Position numbers and translations under genes: made by a program. From an uncultured Gammaproteobacteria bacterium (GTDB lineage Bacteria; Pseudomonadota; Gammaproteobacteria; UBA9214): a stretch of 64,000 nt of DNA. The notes below the pieces were generated by a model. It was not told where the DNA came from. It did no database searches and was given only the letters and a program-made list of their open reading frames with translations. Positions 22,570 through 34,215 of this stretch are shown here, piece after piece. Positions within the stretch are counted from its first letter, which is position 1. Each line of letters opens with the position of its first letter. Where the stretch lies: positions 192,001-256,000 of the forward strand of contig CAVVHS010000008.1 of NCBI GenBank assembly GCA_963748215.1, written 5' to 3'.

Positions 22570-25500
22570 ATGACAACAACACATTTCCTGCATATTACGC
22601 GTCGTATGCTGGCGGCCATCGGGGGCGGCGCCATACTGGCACTCGCTGCCGCGCCGGCGCTGGCCGCGCCGGGCGGCGGTGGCACGCCCATCTCCTGCAA
22701 CAGCATCAGTCCCTACCAGTGGTACGGTGGGCGTACCGGTTATCTACACCGTGAGTACCTCGGGCGGCAAGGGCGGCAAGTCCTATGCCTGGACCTTCTC
22801 CGGGCCGGCAGCGCCGACGGCCTCCACTCTTGCTACGCCCTCGGTGACCTACAGCGCCGCCGGCACCTTCGGGGTCAGCGTGCATGTCACCGACAGGAGC
22901 GGCGAGTGCACCGCCAACGCCAACATAACGATAGCGGGCGGGACCAACAATCCGCCGGTGGCCAACAACGACAGCTATGACGCCACCGATGGACAGACGC
23001 TCAGCGTCGGCGCCCCGGGTGTGCTCGGCAATGACACGGACGAGACACCGGCAACGCTGACCGCCGTGCTGCAGACGGGGACGACCAAGGGAACGCTGAA
23101 CCTGAATGCCAGCGGTGCCTTTACGTATGACTACACCGGCACGGGTCCCTTCCCCGGACACGGACAGCTTCACCTACCAGGCGCAAGGACGACATCAACC
23201 AGCTCTCCAACACCGCCACCGTCACGATCACCATCGCGGAAGGCGGCGTCACGGGTGGCTCGCCGGTGGGCCGTGGTGACACCTACGCGACCCCGGTCGG
23301 CACCGCGCTCAACGTGACGGCCTACCGTCTCGCGGGCGTGCTGTACAACGACTTCGACACCGATGCCGGCGGCAACAACATCGGCAACGCCGGCCTGACG
23401 GCAACAACTGGTCAGCGGCCCGACCAACGCCGCGAGCTTCTCCTTCAATGCGGACGGTTCGTTCAGCTACACGCCGAGCACGAGCCTGAGCGACAACGAC
23501 AACGACAGCTTCACCTACCGGGCCAGCGACGGCAGCAACCTGTCGGCCGTCACCACGGTGAACATCAATATCCTGTCGAAGCAGACGGACTTCAAGATCA
23601 TCATGAACTACGAGCTGGGCATGCACTGCACCGGCTTCGAGTTCGCCTACTGCTGCGTACTGCCGCCCTACAACTCCATCCTGGCGCAGGTCGTCAAGCC
23701 GCAGACACCGGGTGACCCGGTCACCGGCGCCGACTTCCCGCGCCTGCTGGAAGGCGACCACAACAACACCGATGGCCTCGGCCGGCCGATCGTGATGCGT
23801 GACGCGGCCCTGGACGGCAACGGCAACTTCAAGAAGTATTTCCTGGAGTACTACCACGACGCGCAGCCGCGCCACGAGGGCCAGGGCAAGGTCCAGACCT
23901 CGACGCTGATCAGCGCGGTCGAGGGCAACTCGCTGTTCTACACATCGACGATCTACGACTCGGCGGCACCGGATACCAATGGCAAGCTGGTCTACGGTCA
24001 CCTACGAGGGCGCCGACGGCGTGGTGCTGGGCGACGGGGATTTCAACGACCCGACCGACAACTACGCCAACGGCTGGCTGAACCACTTCTACATCTACGC
24101 CGACCTGGAAGGCAGCAACCCCGCCGGCACCAGCCTCGACTCCGCGAAGATCCGTCTCGGCGTCACCGGTCATGTGGAGTACCCGGCCGACGTCGGTGCG
24201 GCCCTGCAGCCCATGGGCCCGACCGGCAGCGCGGCCGGCTTCGACAACGTGCTGACCTTCTCGGGCGACACCGGCACCGTGGTCTACACCCAGATGAAGG
24301 TGCTGGAGAACCTGCCGGTCATGCTGACCTCGCCGGACATCTGGGAGGCCCTGGGCCTGCCGCTGACGCCGTTCGAGGACAGCATCGACTTCTTCGGCGA
24401 TCCCGGCGCGGTGGACGAGGACTCGATCCGTCCCTACGTGGCGATGAAGGCGCACCTGCATGTCGCGAACTGCGATGCCAACGGTCAGAACTGCACCCAG
24501 GGCAACGCGGTGATCGGCAGCAACGGCAAGCCGGTGATCGGCCACGGCACGGCGCCGATCGACATCCCGAACTGCGAGCGCTGCCACTCGGTGCCGGCCA
24601 TGACGGGCAGGGCAACCGAACATCAACAGCCCGAGCTACATCCGTCAGCGACTTCACCTTCCCGCACGGCGGCACCTATGCCGGCGCGACACTGGAGGCG
24701 GTGACCGACGCGGAGAACAGTTTCTGGGATGCCTACTACGGCATCGTCGCCGGGCGTGGACTCCGACTGGTACTCGCGCCTGAAGGGTGCGGCGATCAAC
24801 ATGCTGGCGCTGCATGACTTCGACCAGGGCACCAGCTTCACGGCCAACTGGCCGTCGGGCAGCTGCCAACGAGTGCCGGCCTGCCGCAGAACACCCGCCT
24901 CGGCAAGGAGAGCGTGATCTGCCAGAAGTGCCATGCGGACAACGTCATCGCGGTGGTGAAATCCGCCTACAAGGATGCCGGCCTGACGCAGGTCATCAAG
25001 CCGATCACCGAGGCGATCCACTGGCGCCACCGTGAGATCAGCGAGGGTGGCAGTATCGACTTCGCCGATAGCGGCGGGCCGCAGCGGCGGTTGCCAGGGC
25101 TGTCATCCGGCGCACCGCTCCGACGGCGTGATGGACGGCTATCCGATCACCCTGGGCGGCGACAACGCACAGGCCAACAGCGACAACCGCGCTGGCCAGT
25201 GGCGGCTGCTTCGTCGGCCGCGACGTGCACTCCAACCCGATGAAGGACGTCGACGGTGCCGAGACGCCGTCACACCTCAACGCGGTCGGCAGCTGGCTGG
25301 CCGACAACGTGTTCAACAACCAGGATGGCGTGGCCGGCGTGGCCGGCACGACACCGCGGTCTCTGGTGCACCAACTGCCACACCCAGCTGGGCCAGGAGA
25401 TGTGGAAGGCCGAGAACTGTCCGGACCTGATCAACGGCGACTGCATCACCAACCCGCGCGGTCGGACCGACGCTGGCGGCGGTGGCCGCGGCCGTCGGCG

Positions 25501-26596
25501 TGAGCCAGGCGCAGGCGATCGCCTGGCTGGATCCGACGGCCGGCAACCCGCTGGGTGACTTCACCCATGCGATCTGGGATCCGAGCATCGCCGATGCGAA
25601 TCTCGCGATCATCGAGGTCCGCAACGGTGCACCCTTCGGCACCACGGATGCAGACGGTGACTTCTCGGTGCGCATCCTGGACTTCTGCACCACGCCGGAC
25701 TGCGTGTCGGCAGCCCAGGCCGTGCTCAGACGGCGAGGGCAATGGCGGTCGGCGGTGGCGGTGCCGTTCTCTGCGGCCACCGACGGTCGCGACCACTGGC
25801 TGGCCCGGGCGAACCGCACTGCGCGGACTGCCATGCGGCACCGTACGTGGAGCAGAGGGCGGCAACGCCGGCGAGGTCAATGCCTGGGGCGACACCAGTT
25901 CAGCCGCCGTTCAACTACCCGCGCAAGGCGAGCCTGATGCGCTACTCGACGCGGCCACCAGGACATCACCTGCCAGGGTTGCCACGAGTCGATCCATGGT
26001 CTGTATCCGGTGACGCCGACCATCGACATCGACCAGCTACGCGCAGGCGGCGGCGCTGAACCATGACGGTTCGCACGGCCCGCTGAAGTGCGGCACCTGC
26101 CACACGGTGGGCACCAACGGTCATCCCGACCTGGATCCGCAAGACATCGATCTTCGGCGGGAATCTGGACGCGGCGACGACCTGGGCGCATACCTACACC
26201 GAGGATGCCGATCCGCTCGACTCGACCTGCCAGAACTGCCACGGCGATCGCCGCAGCAAGATCGGCGAGGACAAGGGCAAGTGGCTGCGGCACTCGTTCC
26301 TGGGCCGCATCGGTCGCCTGACGCAGGACAAGGCCGAGATCTCGGCGCTGGGTCACGTGGCGGGCGATCCCGACACCAACGGTGACGGTACGCCGGATCG
26401 CACGGCGACGCAGATCGCCAACACGGTCTGCACCGCCTGCCACTCGCTCAACGGCGGTCCCTCGGGCAACTTCCTGAGCCTGGCCACCTGCAGCAACCCG
26501 ACCTGGAAGCAGCACCTGGTGCAGGGTCGCCTGTCCGAAGTGACCTGGGAGTTCATCTCCGAGTCACAGAACGGCGGCTCGACCTGCGGCTGGTAG
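22570..26596 (+). CDS. Large exported multiheme cytochrome c with PKD and Ig/cadherin-like domains (many frameshifts)
   Basis: Signal peptide, a PKD-like domain, two Big_9-like repeats (PVANNDSY..GVLGNDTD..GAFTY) and a NYELGMHC..VLPPYN motif. Nine CXXCH: CERCH, CQKCH, CQGCH, CTNCH, CADCH, CQGCH, CGTCH, CQNCH, CTACH. Confidence 0.8.
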
Positions 26597-26650
26597 AGTC
26601 CCCACGGTCCCGCCGGCACCCGGTGCCGGCGGGACTCTCACGCAAGCGAT

Positions 26651-26681
26651 GGAGGGGGAGCCGTTCCCCCTCCTTTTTTTT
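26651..26681 (+). terminator. Rho-independent terminator
   Basis: GGAGGGGGA-gccg-TTCCCCCTCC stem followed by a T8 run. A further GC hairpin lies at 26607-26635. Confidence 0.8.
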
Positions 26682-26838
26682 GCCCTGCATACACGGCCGG
26701 ATCCGTCCGGTTCCCGACCGTTGTCTCGGCGGGTAGACAAATTCCGCCGCGTTGACTGCCGGGACGGGAACGGGAGCCTGCCGCGGGTTGTCTCACTGCG
26801 GTATCATGACAAACCTATAGAATTCGGGAACATGCCTT

Positions 26839-28350
26839 ATGAATCGTGTAATTGACAGCGCCTTGCGCGCACTCCTCCTGACGACGGGCCTCGGGCTGCT
26901 GGCGGCCTGTGATTCCGCGTCGCACCCCTCGGCGGCCGTAGCCGAAGAGGCCGCGCCGGCGGCGTCGCAATCCGCGGCGACCGCGGCACCGTCCGACGAC
27001 GTGATCGCCCGGGTCGGTGACCAGGCCATTCACTTCAGCGAGCTGAATACGATGCTGAACAGTTCGGCGGTGGTGGGGGTCTCGATCCCCGCCCTGGGTA
27101 CACCGCAGCGCGATACCGTGCGTATCACGCTGCTGGACAAGATGGTTGACGCCAACCTGCTCTACCTGGACGCCCTGCGCCAGGGGCTGGACAAGGACCC
27201 GGCCTATACGCGGGAGACAGGCAATTTTTCGGATGCCATTCTGCAGGGGCTGTACCGTGACCGGGTCATGCTCGCAGGTGCCGAGGTCAGCGCGGCGGAC
27301 ATCGAGACATTCCACAGGGAAAATTCCGTGGAAGGTGCCGAGCTGACCGATGAACTGCGCACCGTGATCGCGGCGAATCTGCGCAAGCAGCGACTCGATG
27401 CGCAGAGCGAGACGCTGCGCGCCCGTCTGCGCGAGGGCGTGACCGTGGAACTCAACGATGCCGCGCTGGATCCGCTCCAGGACGCCGAACGTCCGAATGA
27501 TACCGTGCTGGCAACCATCGACGGGGTGGCACTGACCTGGAGCGAGGTCAAGGACCGCCTCGGTACCCAGGTGAGTTCCGCCTCCGGCGAGGACCGCCGC
27601 GCGGCGGTGAATGCGCTCGTGGACATGCGCATCAGCGTGGACAAGGCCCGGGCTGCCGGACTGGACCAGGACCCGGCGTACACGGCCCGGGTCGGGGAAT
27701 ACCGCAAGACCAGTCTCATCAATCTGCACCGCGGCAACCTTGCGGCCGGGATGGAGCCGGATGACGCAGCGCTGCGTGCCTACTTCGAGGCGAATCGTGC
27801 GCGCATCACCGTACCGGAATTTCGCAAGGTACAGATGGTGGTGCTGAAGTCGCGGGAGGAGGCCGAGGCCATCAAGGCCCGGGTCGAAGCCGAGGATCTG
27901 ACCATGTACCAGGCGGTCGCCGAGCATTCCATCGCGCCCGAGGCGGACAAGAACCTGGGCGAGATCGGCTGGGTGGCCAAGGGCAAGGCGCTGCCGGAGC
28001 TGAACGATGTCGTGTTTTCCCTGCAGCCGGGCGAGATCGGCGGGCCGGTGCAGGTCGGTGACGTCTGGCACCTGGTGACGGTACAGGATTTGCGGGATGC
28101 GAAGTACACGGATCTCAGCGAGCCGGCCACCCGCAAGCTGGCTCGGCGGATGTACATCCACGACAAGCTGGCTGGCTATAGCGCGGATTTGCGCAAGAAC
28201 GACTTCTCGGTCGAGGTCTACGAGGACAGGCTGATTGCGCTCGCCCAGCAGGAGGCGGACATGGTCCGGCAGCTGTCGGAGAAGGCAGGCGAGCCGGGTT
28301 CGGTCACGCAGCAGCGCATCAAGGAACTGCAGAAGATCTACGAGCAGTAG
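26839..28350 (+). CDS. PpiC/SurA-type peptidyl-prolyl isomerase lipoprotein
   Basis: Lipobox LLAAC, duplicated SurA-like N domains and a rotamase region (AEHSIAP..NLGEIGWV..VFSLQPGEIGGPV). Confidence 0.8.
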   Translation: MNRVIDSALRALLLTTGLGLLAACDSASHPSAAVAEEAAPAASQSAATAAPSDDVIARVGDQAIHFSELNTMLNSSAVVGVSIPALGTPQRDTVRITLLDKMVDANLLYLDALRQGLDKDPAYTRETGNFSDAILQGLYRDRVMLAGAEVSAADIETFHRENSVEGAELTDELRTVIAANLRKQRLDAQSETLRARLREGVTVELNDAALDPLQDAERPNDTVLATIDGVALTWSEVKDRLGTQVSSASGEDRRAAVNALVDMRISVDKARAAGLDQDPAYTARVGEYRKTSLINLHRGNLAAGMEPDDAALRAYFEANRARITVPEFRKVQMVVLKSREEAEAIKARVEAEDLTMYQAVAEHSIAPEADKNLGEIGWVAKGKALPELNDVVFSLQPGEIGGPVQVGDVWHLVTVQDLRDAKYTDLSEPATRKLARRMYIHDKLAGYSADLRKNDFSVEVYEDRLIALAQQEADMVRQLSEKAGEPGSVTQQRIKELQKIYEQ

Positions 28351-28353
28351 GCG

Positions 28354-28848
28354 ATGTCCACGAGTCGTGGCGCATACAGGCGTAGTTGGGGCGGGATGCG
28401 GCGTGCCCTGCCGGCGCAGCGCCGTGCGGTGGCCACAGGTACCTGCGGCCTACTGGTGGCCGTTCTGCTGCTGGTCTGTCCGGGTGCGCCGCTGCGGGCG
28501 GATGATTTCCTCTCGCCCGGTATTGCACCCGTGGACCTGCAGCAGCGGCTCGCCAGTGACCGGGCGCCGCTGGTCGTGGACCTGCGTGCGCCGGTCGAAT
28601 ACAGCATTGCCCACATCCCCGGCGCGATCAATGTGCCTGTCACCGAACTGGAGGCGCGCATCGAGGAACTCAGGAACCCGAACGGCGTGGTGATCTACTG
28701 TCTCAACGGCAGCCGCACGCGCCAGGCCGAGCCCATCCTGTACGCTCACGATATCGATAACTTCTCCCGCCTGGAGGGCACGCTGCAGGCCTGGCTGAAG
28801 CAGAATCTGCCGTATGAGAAGGGCGGGGTGCAGCGCACCGGCTGGTAG
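28354..28848 (+). CDS. Periplasmic rhodanese-domain protein
   Basis: VVDLRAPVEY..HIPGAINVP and the active-site loop YCLNGSRT. Confidence 0.85.
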   Translation: MSTSRGAYRRSWGGMRRALPAQRRAVATGTCGLLVAVLLLVCPGAPLRADDFLSPGIAPVDLQQRLASDRAPLVVDLRAPVEYSIAHIPGAINVPVTELEARIEELRNPNGVVIYCLNGSRTRQAEPILYAHDIDNFSRLEGTLQAWLKQNLPYEKGGVQRTGW

Positions 28849-29034
28849 GCGAACGGCCTGCGGCCGGAATCAATAGAATCAATAGGGTCAGACTCGATTG
28901 ATCAGTCATCAACAGCGAATGCTGTCGATCCGGATGCGGAACAACGGGAGCTATGCCTGGCAGCGCAGGAGTAGTAAAGATGCTACGCTCCAATCCCAGA
29001 GCGACATTAATAACACGCTGAATTTATTGGAAAA

Positions 29035-29111
29035 TGGTGGCTACGGGTGGACTTGAACCACCGACCCCAGCATTATGAGTGCTGTGCTCTAACCAGCTGA
29101 GCTACGTAGCC
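29035..29111 (-). tRNA. tRNA-Met (CAT), elongator type
   Basis: GGCTACGTAGCTCAGCTGGTTAGAGCACAGCACTCATAATGCTGGGGTCGGTGGTTCAAGTCCACCCGTAGCCACCA folds as a cloverleaf. Confidence 0.95.
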
Positions 29112-29237
29112 AAAAGGGGTGCAAAGGGTACCCGAAAACCCGGTGCGGGGACAAGCTCCCTCGCAGCCCGGATCGTGCGTTGCGCCATGCGCACCGCGCA
29201 TGGAACGGTCACACCCGGATGGTGTATACCGCGCGCC

Positions 29238-30330
<1,093 letters not shown>

Positions 30331-30404
30331 ATTGATTCCGCAGGGTGCGTCATGCGCACCATTACTGTCTGTCAACGTGTCTGGTGCGCGTGGCGCACCC
30401 TACG

Positions 30405-30983
30405 CTATTTAATGGTGTGCAGGTCCTTCATCGCCGCCTCGACCTCGCCGGCCAGAAGGCGCGGCAGGACGTCGATGGCCGCCTCGATAGCCTGGTCGAT
30501 CAGCCGGCGCTCTTCCGCTGTCGCCGGCTTCAGCACGTGGCCGGTGACGTCTTCCCTGTGACCGGGATGACCGATACCGATGCGCAGGCGCAGGAAATCA
30601 TTGCCGCCCAGCTGCGGTATCAGGTCGCGCAGCCCGTTGTGACCGCCGTGCCCGCCGTCCTTCTTCAGCCGCACCGTGCCGGCCGGCAGGTCCAGCTCGT
30701 CATGCACGACAAGAATGCCGTTGCGCGGGATCTGGTAGAACCGGGCCAGTGCGGACACCGGCCCGCCGCTGCAGTTCATGAACGCCTGCGGCTTCTGCAG
30801 GCGACAGTCATGCCCGTGCAGGGTGCAGCGCGCCACCTCGCTCTTGTGCCTGTTGTCGGCCTGGAAATGTGCACCGCAGCGGCGCGCGACCTCGTCCACA
30901 AACCAGAACCCGGCATTATGCCGGGTCTGTGCGTACTTGTTTCCGGGATTACCCAGCCCGGCGACGAGCTGTATCGCAACCAA
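30405..30983 (-). CDS. pth: Peptidyl-tRNA hydrolase
   Basis: GLGNPG..TRHNAGF, HDELDL, GHGGHNGLR. Confidence 0.96.
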   Translation of the reverse strand: MVAIQLVAGLGNPGNKYAQTRHNAGFWFVDEVARRCGAHFQADNRHKSEVARCTLHGHDCRLQKPQAFMNCSGGPVSALARFYQIPRNGILVVHDELDLPAGTVRLKKDGGHGGHNGLRDLIPQLGGNDFLRLRIGIGHPGHREDVTGHVLKPATAEERRLIDQAIEAAIDVLPRLLAGEVEAAMKDLHTIK

Positions 30984-30995
30984 AGCAGCGTGCGC

Positions 30996-31652
30996 CTAGT
31001 CGCTCTCGCCCGGTGTGGCCTCGCCCTCGCCCTCGCCCTCGGGAGCTGCCTCCTCTTCCGGCTCCTCTTCCTCGACACGCGGGGCATGCAGACTCACGAC
31101 CGCATGGTCATGATCCTCGCCACGCTCCAGCTCGACCAGGGTCACGCCCGCAGGCACGACCAGTTGGGAGAGATGGATCGAGTCACCGATTTCAAGACCG
31201 GTGACATCGACCTCGAGGTACTCCGGCAGGTCCTTCGGCAGACATTCCACCTCGACATCGGTCAGTTCGTGTGACACCAGGGCACCGGCCTTGACGGCCG
31301 CCGAGGTGTCTTCACCGAGGAAGTGCAGCGGCACGTTGGTGCGCAGCGTCTCGGTCATGTTCACGCGCTGCAGGTCGACGTGCATGATGACCGGCCGGCT
31401 CGGGTGACGCTGCAGGTCACGCAGGATCGCCGGCGTTTCCGTGCCGCCGATCCTGATGGTCAGGATGTGCGAATAAAACGCCTCGTGCTCGAGGTTGCGG
31501 AGCACCTGGTTGTGGGACAGCGTCAGTGATTCGGGATCCTTGTCGCCACCATAGATGATGGCAGGTACCTTGCCGGCACGACGCAGGCGGCGGCTCGCAC
31601 CCTTCCCCAGGTCAGTGCGCGACTCGGCAGTTAATTCAAAGCTGATAGCCAT
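30996..31652 (-). CDS. rplY: 50S ribosomal protein L25/Ctc
   Basis: GKGASRRLRRAGKVPAIIYG, LQRHP..HVDLQR. Confidence 0.96.
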   Translation of the reverse strand: MAISFELTAESRTDLGKGASRRLRRAGKVPAIIYGGDKDPESLTLSHNQVLRNLEHEAFYSHILTIRIGGTETPAILRDLQRHPSRPVIMHVDLQRVNMTETLRTNVPLHFLGEDTSAAVKAGALVSHELTDVEVECLPKDLPEYLEVDVTGLEIGDSIHLSQLVVPAGVTLVELERGEDHDHAVVSLHAPRVEEEEPEEEAAPEGEGEGEATPGESD

Positions 31653-31764
31653 GTGACTTCTCCAACAAAAAAGCACCATGCGGTGCAGGTAAAGCCTCTC
31701 CCGCGACCAGGAGAGACAGGGTATCGCGGCATCATCATTACAATGCCGCGACGGTTAAAATCAT

Positions 31765-32730
31765 TCAGTCCATGAACAGCGAGCTGACGGACTCTTCGTC
31801 ACTGATGCGGCGCATCGTTTCCGCCAGCATGGCGGCGACACTCAGCTGCCTGATCTTTTCACAGCTGCGCGCGTTCTCGCGCAGCGGGATGGTGTCTGTC
31901 ACCACCAGTTCGTCCAGTTCCGATGCCTCGATGTTGTCGACCGCCGCACCCGACAGCACCGGGTGTGTACAGTAGGCCACCACGCGCCGTGCACCTTCAT
32001 CTTTCAGCGCCAGCGCGGCCAGGCACAGGGTGCCGGCCGTGTCGACCAGGTCGTCCACCAGCACGCAGGTACGGTCCTCGACCTCGCCGATGATGTTCAT
32101 CACGCGCGCCTCGTTCGGGCGCGGGCGGCGCTTGTCGATAATGGCCAGCTCCGCGTCATCCAGGCGCTTGGCCAGTGCGCGCGCCCTGACCACGCCGCCG
32201 ACATCGGGCGAAACCACCACGACATCCGGGTACTTCTGCCTCCAGATGTCGCCCAGCAGGATCGGCGAGGCATACACGTTGTCCACCGGGATATCGAAAA
32301 ATCCCTGGATCTGGTCCGCGTGCAGGTCCACCGTCAGCACCCGGTCCGCCCGCACATTGCCGATCATCTGGGCCACCACCTTGGCGGTGATCGGCACGCG
32401 CGCCGAGCGCGGCCGGCGGTCCTGCCGGGCGTAGCCGAAGTACGGGATCACCGCCGTGATCCGCGCCGCCGACGAACGCCGCACGGCATCGACCATGACC
32501 AGCAGTTCCATCAGGTTGTCATTGGTCGGCGCACAGGTCGGCTGCACGATGAAAACGTCCTTGCCGCGGACGTTCTCCATGATCTCGACATGCACCTCGC
32601 CGTCGCTGAACTGGCTGACCAGCGCACTGCCCAGGTTCAGCTTCAGGTGATTGGCGATGGCCTGCGCCAGTTCCGGGTTCGAATTCCCGGAAAACACCAT
32701 CATCGGGTTGCCGGTTTCTGAAGCATGCAT
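31765..32730 (-). CDS. prs: Ribose-phosphate pyrophosphokinase
   Basis: [44 protein letters not shown]. Start position approximate. Confidence 0.96.
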   Translation of the reverse strand: MHASETGNPMMVFSGNSNPELAQAIANHLKLNLGSALVSQFSDGEVHVEIMENVRGKDVFIVQPTCAPTNDNLMELLVMVDAVRRSSAARITAVIPYFGYARQDRRPRSARVPITAKVVAQMIGNVRADRVLTVDLHADQIQGFFDIPVDNVYASPILLGDIWRQKYPDVVVVSPDVGGVVRARALAKRLDDAELAIIDKRRPRPNEARVMNIIGEVEDRTCVLVDDLVDTAGTLCLAALALKDEGARRVVAYCTHPVLSGAAVDNIEASELDELVVTDTIPLRENARSCEKIRQLSVAAMLAETMRRISDEESVSSLFMD

Positions 32731-32873
32731 TGTGTTCATTAGGCTTTCCGCTGTCTCTGCCTTTGCAACCTGTAAGGCACTACCTGAATACCTGCGGCCG
32801 TCGCTTGCATCACGGTGCACATCTGGCCGGCATGGCAATACGGGGACACCTGCCCTGGCCGGTTCTGTTCATC

Positions 32874-33013
32874 TGGCTGGGACGGCAGGATTACTCGATC
32901 CACTCCTACTCGGGGCGTTCCGCCCCTCGCACCCTTCGGGCCGCCGCCGCTGCGCGGCGACGTTCTAACACGCTGCGCGTGTTAGTCGAACCTCGAGGTT
33001 CTCATCCTGCCGT
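32874..33013 (-). repeat. tRNA-Gln 3' fragment whose T-loop is interrupted by a 94 nt hairpin element
   Basis: Contains the last 19 nt of tRNA-Gln including CCA, an insert at 32893-32986, then CGAACCT. Confidence 0.7.
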
Positions 33014-33036
33014 GTCACTGCCAGTACAATTTTATC

Positions 33037-33111
33037 TGGCTGGGACGGCAGGATTCGAACCTGCGAATGCGGGGATCAAAACCCCGTGCCTTACCACTTG
33101 GCGACGTCCCA
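33037..33111 (-). tRNA. tRNA-Gln (TTG)
   Basis: TGGGACGTCGCCAAGTGGTAAGGCACGGGGTTTTGATCCCCGCATTCGCAGGTTCGAATCCTGCCGTCCCAGCCA, at the usual ispE-prs position. Confidence 0.95.
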
Positions 33112-33170
33112 GTAACTTCTTGCACAACTACAGGACCTGTCATGCCATGGTGTAAACCTTTCACCCCGCT

Positions 33171-33310
33171 CGGCAGGATTACTCGGCCTGCGGCCTCGCC
33201 CTTCGGGCCGCCGCCGCTGCGCGGCGACGTTCTCTCGCGCTATCGCGCTCGAGTCGAACCTGCGAATGCGGGGATCAAAACCCCGTGCCTTACCACTTGG
33301 CGACGTCCCA
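33171..33310 (-). pseudogene. tRNA-Gln copy with a 74 nt T-loop insertion and no 3' acceptor strand
   Basis: Identical to tRNA-Gln from the 5' end to GGTTCG, then insert ACTCG...CGAGT (33181-33254), then AATCCTGCCG, then unrelated sequence. Confidence 0.75.
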
Positions 33311-33354
33311 ATAACTCACGCCCGTCGCCGACGCCGTGCCGGACGGGGCTGCTG

Positions 33355-34215
33355 TCACTCCATTGCCGTCAGCAAGGGTGAGCGGTTCACTCCCCGGGCG
33401 ACGAAGCTGTCCCAGTGCTCCGGTACGCGCGCCGCCACTGCCCGTGCATCCGCCTCGGTCGCAAAGGCTGCAAACACGCAGCCGCCGCTGCCAGTCATGC
33501 GTGCAGGGGAAATTGCATTCAGCCAATCGAGTGCCGCCGCCACTTCCGGATACCTGTCACGCACAACCGCTTCGCAGTCGTTGCGGGTACTGCCCGAAAG
33601 AAGGTCGGCTATTGTCTGTCGGGGCGTGTCCCGTGTCAATTCCGCGTCGAAAAAAACAGTGGCCGTTGATATGCTTACAGCAGGATTCAGCACCAGGTAG
33701 CAGGACTCCGGCGGTTGTGCCGGAGTCAGCCGCTCGCCCACGCCCTCGGCCAGCGCTGCATGGCCGTGCACGAACACCGGCACATCGGCGCCGAGCTGCA
33801 GCCCAAGTTCGGCTAACACACTGATATCCAAGTCCAGTTTCCAGAGCCGGTTGAGTACCAGCAGAGTGGTGGCGGCATCCGAACTGCCGCCGCCCAGGCC
33901 GCCGCCGGCGGGGATGCGCTTGTCGATATAAACGGTTACCCCGGCCCCGGTGCCGGTCGTGGACTGCAGCAGGCGCGCCGCCCGGGTGCAGAGATCATCC
34001 GCCTCCGCCACGCCGTCTGGCCCGCCGACCCGCCGGACCTCGCCATCCGCGCGCTGCTCGAAATACAGCCAGTCGGCCAGGGTCAGAAACTGGAACAGGG
34101 TCTGCAGGTCGTGATAGCCATCCGCGCGGCGCCCGGTGATATGCAGGAACAGGTTGAGCTTGGCCGGCGCCGGCCAGGGACCGCTGGCGCTGGCCGGAAC
34201 GGCCAGCGGGCTCAT
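33355..34215 (-). CDS. ispE: 4-diphosphocytidyl-2-C-methyl-D-erythritol kinase
   Basis: PAPAKLNLFLHI, GGGLGGGSSDAA, LGADVP, MTGSG. Confidence 0.95.
   Translation of the reverse strand: MSPLAVPASASGPWPAPAKLNLFLHITGRRADGYHDLQTLFQFLTLADWLYFEQRADGEVRRVGGPDGVAEADDLCTRAARLLQSTTGTGAGVTVYIDKRIPAGGGLGGGSSDAATTLLVLNRLWKLDLDISVLAELGLQLGADVPVFVHGHAALAEGVGERLTPAQPPESCYLVLNPAVSISTATVFFDAELTRDTPRQTIADLLSGSTRNDCEAVVRDRYPEVAAALDWLNAISPARMTGSGGCVFAAFATEADARAVAARVPEHWDSFVARGVNRSPLLTAME

Noticed and set aside
22570-22670. TRR in the cytochrome leader as a Tat signal
   Set aside because: It lacks the RRxFLK consensus, and c-type cytochromes are normally exported unfolded by Sec.
28886-28912. AATCAATAGGGTCAGACTCGATTGAT imperfect palindrome near tRNA-Met
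   Set aside because: It is single-copy in the window and I cannot assign it. It may be a REP-like remnant.
31690-31720. Hairpin upstream of rplY as an L25 autoregulatory leader
   Set aside because: Plausible, but it cannot be verified without a covariance model, and it would be expected rather than novel.
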